Shown here in pieces: positions 58,418 through 64,000 of a DNA stretch of 64,000 nt. The number at the start of each line of letters is the position of its first letter. Within the stretch, counting starts at the first letter, position 1. Source of the stretch: Gemmatimonadales bacterium. GTDB taxonomy: Bacteria > Gemmatimonadota > Gemmatimonadetes > Gemmatimonadales > GWC2-71-9. The notes beneath the pieces were generated by a model. The model did no database searches. It was not told the DNA's origin and worked only from the letters and a program-made list of their open reading frames with translations. Both the position numbers and the translations under genes were made by a program. The stretch is taken from the NCBI GenBank assembly GCA_035500495.1, contig DATJXC010000029.1, forward strand, positions 30,243 through 94,242, given 5' to 3'.

Positions 58418-59236
58418 CTAACCCTTGCGGAGCAGGTCCTTGGCGTCGTCCGCTTTGTGGGCGCGGAGGTCGGCCAACGCCGCGGCGGCTTGCTCCCGAT
58501 AGTAGTGATCCATCGGGTCGGTCGTCGGCAGGCCCGCGATCGCCTGGAGCTCGGCTTCGGCTTTGTCGGGCATGTCCAGGTCGAGGTACACGCCGGCCAG
58601 CTCGAGCCGGTGATAGATGTGCTGGGGATTCAGCGCCACCGCCTTTTCCATATAGACCCGCGCGCTGTCCCAGCTCGCCTGGTCCATGAACCCCGCGCCG
58701 AACAGGGTCTTGGCGAAGAACTTGGTGAACCCGGACAGGCGCTTCACCTCGGCGTGCCAGATCCCGAGGATGTGGTACGCGGCATCGTGGGTGGGATCGA
58801 TTTGGACCGTCCGGGCGGCCTCGTCATAAATGATCTTGGCGAAACGGACCCGTTCCTTGCCGCCGCGCGTCCGTGACAGCCGTCCCAGGACGAGGGCGAG
58901 CACGTAATGGCCGTTGGCGCCGGTCGAATCCGCCTTCAGGGCGGCCTCGGCGTAGGTCTGGCCCAGGGAGTAGAGACTGTCGCGCTGCGTCTTGAGGGAG
59001 TCGCCGAGCAGCTGCTTCGCCACGTCGGCGATCTCCCGCGCCGCTTTCCAATTGGCCTCGTAGGTCGTCGGGGCGAGGCCCACGGCGGCCTGGTAATGTT
59101 TGAGCGCGTCGGCGGAGTGCAGCTGGGCCCGGGCGCTGTCGCCCATCGCGATGTGGTCGGCAAGCGATTGCGCATCCACTGACGGGGGAAGGGCGACCGC
59201 GATCAGCAGCGGGGCGAGCCAACGGGTGACGCGCAT
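58418..59236 (-). CDS. exported TPR-like helical repeat protein
   Basis: MRVTRWLAPLLIAVALPPSVDAQS is a signal peptide. Helical repeats rich in A/L/Y follow (ALKHYQAAVGLAP..., YMEKAVALNP...). Confidence 0.7.
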   Translation of the reverse strand: MRVTRWLAPLLIAVALPPSVDAQSLADHIAMGDSARAQLHSADALKHYQAAVGLAPTTYEANWKAAREIADVAKQLLGDSLKTQRDSLYSLGQTYAEAALKADSTGANGHYVLALVLGRLSRTRGGKERVRFAKIIYDEAARTVQIDPTHDAAYHILGIWHAEVKRLSGFTKFFAKTLFGAGFMDQASWDSARVYMEKAVALNPQHIYHRLELAGVYLDLDMPDKAEAELQAIAGLPTTDPMDHYYREQAAAALADLRAHKADDAKDLLRKG

Positions 59237-59268
59237 CGTGAGACTCCGCAGTGGAGGGTGACGCTCGA

Positions 59269-60627
59269 ATGTTGGTCGTTCCTCTGATCGAACGCAAGCG
59301 CGACGGCGGGGCGCTCACTCCGGAAGAATGGTCGGCGCTGATCGCCGCGTACACCGCCGGTAACGTGCCGGACTATCAACTCGCCGCCTTGCTCATGGCC
59401 GTCGTGTTTCGAGGACTCGAGCGCACGGAACTCGCCGCGCTCACCGACGCGATGATCGCCTCCGGCGACCGCCTCAGCTTCGACGGCTGGTCCGTTCCAC
59501 GCATCGACAAGCACTCGACGGGGGGGGTGGGGGACAAGGTATCGCTGGTGCTGGCGCCCCTCGTCGCCGCGTGCGGGGTCGCCGTGCCGATGATGTCTGG
59601 GCGCGGGCTCGGCCACACCGGGGGGACCCTCGACAAGCTGGAAGCGATTCCCGGATTCCGGACTCGCCTTTCCCTCACCGAAGCCAAAGCTCAACTGCAG
59701 AAGATCGGCTGCGTATTGATCGGCCAGACGCCCGAGATCGCCCCCGCCGACAAGCGGCTGTACGCCCTGCGCGACGTCACGGGCACCGTCGAGGCGATTC
59801 CCCTCATCGCGGCGTCGATCATGTCGAAGAAGCTCGCCGAAGGCCTCACCGGGCTCGTGCTCGACGTGAAACACGGCAGCGGCGCGTTCCTGCCCCCCAC
59901 GGAATTGGGACTCGAGCTGGCCAAAACGATGATCGCCCTCGGTGAGGACCGGGGCTGCCCCACCGTCGCCCTGCTCACCGCGATGGACCGCCCGCTCGGT
60001 CGCGCCTGCGGCAATTCCCTGGAAACCGAGGAAGCGATCCTCGCCGTGCGAGGGGAAGGACCGGAGGATCTCATGGAAGTGACCTACGCGCTGGGCGTCG
60101 AGATGTTGCTCGCCGCCAAAGTGGAAAAGACGCCGGCCAAGGCGCGCCAGCGCCTGGAGAACGCCCTCAGCTCAGGGCTCGCCGCGGAGAAGCTCGAGCA
60201 GGTGATCGAGGCCCAGGGGGGGAATCCCAACATCGTCGAAGACCCTTCCGTGATGCCGCAGGCCCAGGCGGTGGAGGTCTTCGCGGCTCCGCAGAGCGGC
60301 GTCGTGACGCGGGTGGAGCCGCGCACCATCGGTCGGGCGGTGGTGGCCTTGGGCGGCGGTCGCACCAAGGTCGACGACGAGGTCGATCCGAGCGTGGGGT
60401 TCGTGATTACGGTGAAGCCGGGCGACAAAGTCCTGCAGGGCGAGCCGATCGCGTCCCTGTTCGCCCGGGACGCGGCCGGGGTGAAGCTCGGGTTCGAGGC
60501 ACTGGCGCAGGCGATTCAGATCGGGGACCGGCTGGGGGAACGACCGCTGCCGCTCATCTCTCATCGGGTGACGCGGGCCGGGGTGGAAGTACTGACCAAA
60601 GAGCCCGCCAAGGCCAAACGCCGCTAG
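59269..60627 (+). CDS. deoA: thymidine/pyrimidine-nucleoside phosphorylase
   Basis: DKHSTGGVGDKVSLVLAP, MMSGRGLGHTGGTLDKLE and ALRDVTGTVE. I take ATG 59269, in frame within the track ORF starting at 59251. Confidence 0.9.
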   Translation: MLVVPLIERKRDGGALTPEEWSALIAAYTAGNVPDYQLAALLMAVVFRGLERTELAALTDAMIASGDRLSFDGWSVPRIDKHSTGGVGDKVSLVLAPLVAACGVAVPMMSGRGLGHTGGTLDKLEAIPGFRTRLSLTEAKAQLQKIGCVLIGQTPEIAPADKRLYALRDVTGTVEAIPLIAASIMSKKLAEGLTGLVLDVKHGSGAFLPPTELGLELAKTMIALGEDRGCPTVALLTAMDRPLGRACGNSLETEEAILAVRGEGPEDLMEVTYALGVEMLLAAKVEKTPAKARQRLENALSSGLAAEKLEQVIEAQGGNPNIVEDPSVMPQAQAVEVFAAPQSGVVTRVEPRTIGRAVVALGGGRTKVDDEVDPSVGFVITVKPGDKVLQGEPIASLFARDAAGVKLGFEALAQAIQIGDRLGERPLPLISHRVTRAGVEVLTKEPAKAKRR

Positions 60628-60842
60628 GGGTGGGGCGACTTCCCCGGCCCCCAGTCCCGCACCGAGTCCTCATCGTCCGCGTCCCGCACCTCCCGCTCCG
60701 CCTGCTCCAGCTCCGTGCGGTCGATATCGTCGCTTTCGTTCACCCGGCGGTGGGCCGTCGGCTCAGGCGCGTCCTCCCGACCGCCGAACAGCCACAACAG
60801 GGCGCCGAGAACCACGGCAAGAACGATTAGGGAAGGGAGCAT
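60624..60842 (-). CDS. small single-pass membrane protein with acidic tail
   Basis: MLPSLIVLAVVLGALLWLFGG is followed by a charged tail. It lies 5 nt downstream of the gyrB stop on the same strand. Confidence 0.45.
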   Translation of the reverse strand: MLPSLIVLAVVLGALLWLFGGREDAPEPTAHRRVNESDDIDRTELEQAEREVRDADDEDSVRDWGPGKSPHP

Positions 60843-60847
60843 GATGG

Positions 60848-63202
<2,355 letters not shown>

Positions 63203-63218
63203 GACTTAGTTGCGGTAC

Positions 63219-63593
63219 TCACAACCCCTTCGCGACCACGAACGTATCGAGAATGCCGACCCAACCATGTGTATCCCGAGCGGAAAATTGGACCGTCACG
63301 CGCTGGCCCCTGACGTGGCTGGGGCGCACCTGCACGAGGACCGATCCGACGAAGCTGGTTTGCAGATAGGCGTCAGCGCCGATTGTCGGTTCCGAGTCCA
63401 CGACCAGAAATACGGAGTCGATGCCGTCGGGGTCGTTCGCGGCCATCGTGACTTGCAGGGTATCGGAAGTGCTGACGGAGTCCTTGTCGAACTTGACCGA
63501 GAGCTGGGGCGGCGCGGGGCGCTCCCGGTCGGCGCCGCAGGCTGCCAGCGTAACCAAGCCGAAAATCACCCACAGCCGCCAGGGCCAGATCAC
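63219..63593 (-). CDS. predicted lipoprotein, unknown function
   Basis: GTG start. WRLWVIFGLVTLAACGAD is a signal peptide plus lipobox. The start overlaps the upstream stop (GTGA). Confidence 0.6.
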   Translation of the reverse strand: MIWPWRLWVIFGLVTLAACGADRERPAPPQLSVKFDKDSVSTSDTLQVTMAANDPDGIDSVFLVVDSEPTIGADAYLQTSFVGSVLVQVRPSHVRGQRVTVQFSARDTHGWVGILDTFVVAKGL

Positions 63594-64000
63594 CTACCCT
63601 CGAACCTGGGCGGCCGCTTCTCGAGGAATGCGGCGGTACCCTCCCGCATGTCCTGGGTCGCGGCCAAGAGACCGAAGTGATTGGCTTCGAGCAAGAGCCC
63701 TTCGTCGAGGGTCATTTCGAGTCCTTGATCCACGGCTTCCATGGAGAGCCGCACGGCCAACGGGCCCATCGCCAGAATACCCCGCAGCAGCTTCTCCGAT
63801 TCGGCGAGCAGGTCGGCGGGTGGCACCACTTTATTCACCAACCCAATGCGGTGGGCTTCCTGGGCATCGATCATCTCGGCGGTGAGAATGAGCTGCAGCG
63901 CCACCCCCTTGCCGACCAGACGGGGGAGTCGCTGAGTGCCGCCGTACCCCGGGGCGATGCCCAGTTTGACTTCGGGCTGGCCGAACTTGGCCGTGTCGCT
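63590..64000 (-). CDS. enoyl-CoA hydratase/isomerase (crotonase) family; 5' end off window
   Basis: Hand translation upstream of the track ORF (63590..63904) continues in frame: SDTAKFGQPEVKLGIAPGYGGTQRLPRLVGKG..., then EGTAAFLEKRPPRF. These are crotonase signatures. Confidence 0.85.
   Translation of the reverse strand, partial: SDTAKFGQPEVKLGIAPGYGGTQRLPRLVGKGVALQLILTAEMIDAQEAHRIGLVNKVVPPADLLAESEKLLRGILAMGPLAVRLSMEAVDQGLEMTLDEGLLLEANHFGLLAATQDMREGTAAFLEKRPPRFEGR

Overview
GC-rich (about two-thirds G+C by eye, not computed), very gene-dense chromosomal segment. I support about 65 protein-coding genes. By eye I found no rRNA, tRNA, CRISPR array, transposase, integrase or prophage genes. All family calls come from motifs read in the ORF-track translations; no searches were run. 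The host looks diderm (a TonB-dependent receptor, many signal-peptide or lipobox proteins). Taxonomy cannot be fixed from this window.

Gene order, left to right:
- FAD oxidoreductase (partial).
- A minus-strand operon: hybrid sensor kinase, GT4, a GT2::DUF3108 fusion, and a deoxyhypusine-synthase-like protein.
- A TonB-receptor locus with a C26 gamma-glutamyl hydrolase and an SCP2 protein.
- FmdB zinc ribbon, a coiled-coil protein, DUF1028 and a POT peptide transporter.
- A long minus-strand array: tdk, coaE, gcvH, MBL hydrolase, gcvP, lipoate-ligase-like, dppABCDF-like, and a bare Ser/Thr kinase.
- HU, a family III CoA-transferase, and a catalytically degenerate DEAD-box/DbpA-domain protein.
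- An aminotransferase and an M24 peptidase.
- The standout: a tightly coupled plus-strand array (33772-43991). It encodes a DUF2283-like protein, a NurA-like nuclease, a HerA-like ATPase, an exported protein, SbcD/Mre11, SbcC/Rad50 (with zinc hook), a GNAT and an ArsB/NhaD permease.
- A BH4-type pterin trio (PTPS, FolE, SDR), FadD, and TldD/PmbA.
- A GAF / ligA / V4R array, thymidine phosphorylase, and DUF721(DciA-like)-gyrB.

Sequence-level oddities:
- Two families of heptamer-periodic palindromic elements. GTGCGAA-type copies lie at 27354-27431 and 47891-47928. CAGCSGT-type copies lie at 26221-26280 and inside a CDS at 22003-22037.
- Five convergent gene pairs have stop codons overlapping in a 4-nt CTAG or TTAG.
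- Same-strand 1-4 nt start/stop overlaps (ATGA, GTGA, TTGA, TGATG) are pervasive.
- Many long ORFs in the track are antisense shadows, or 5' over-extensions, of the real genes.
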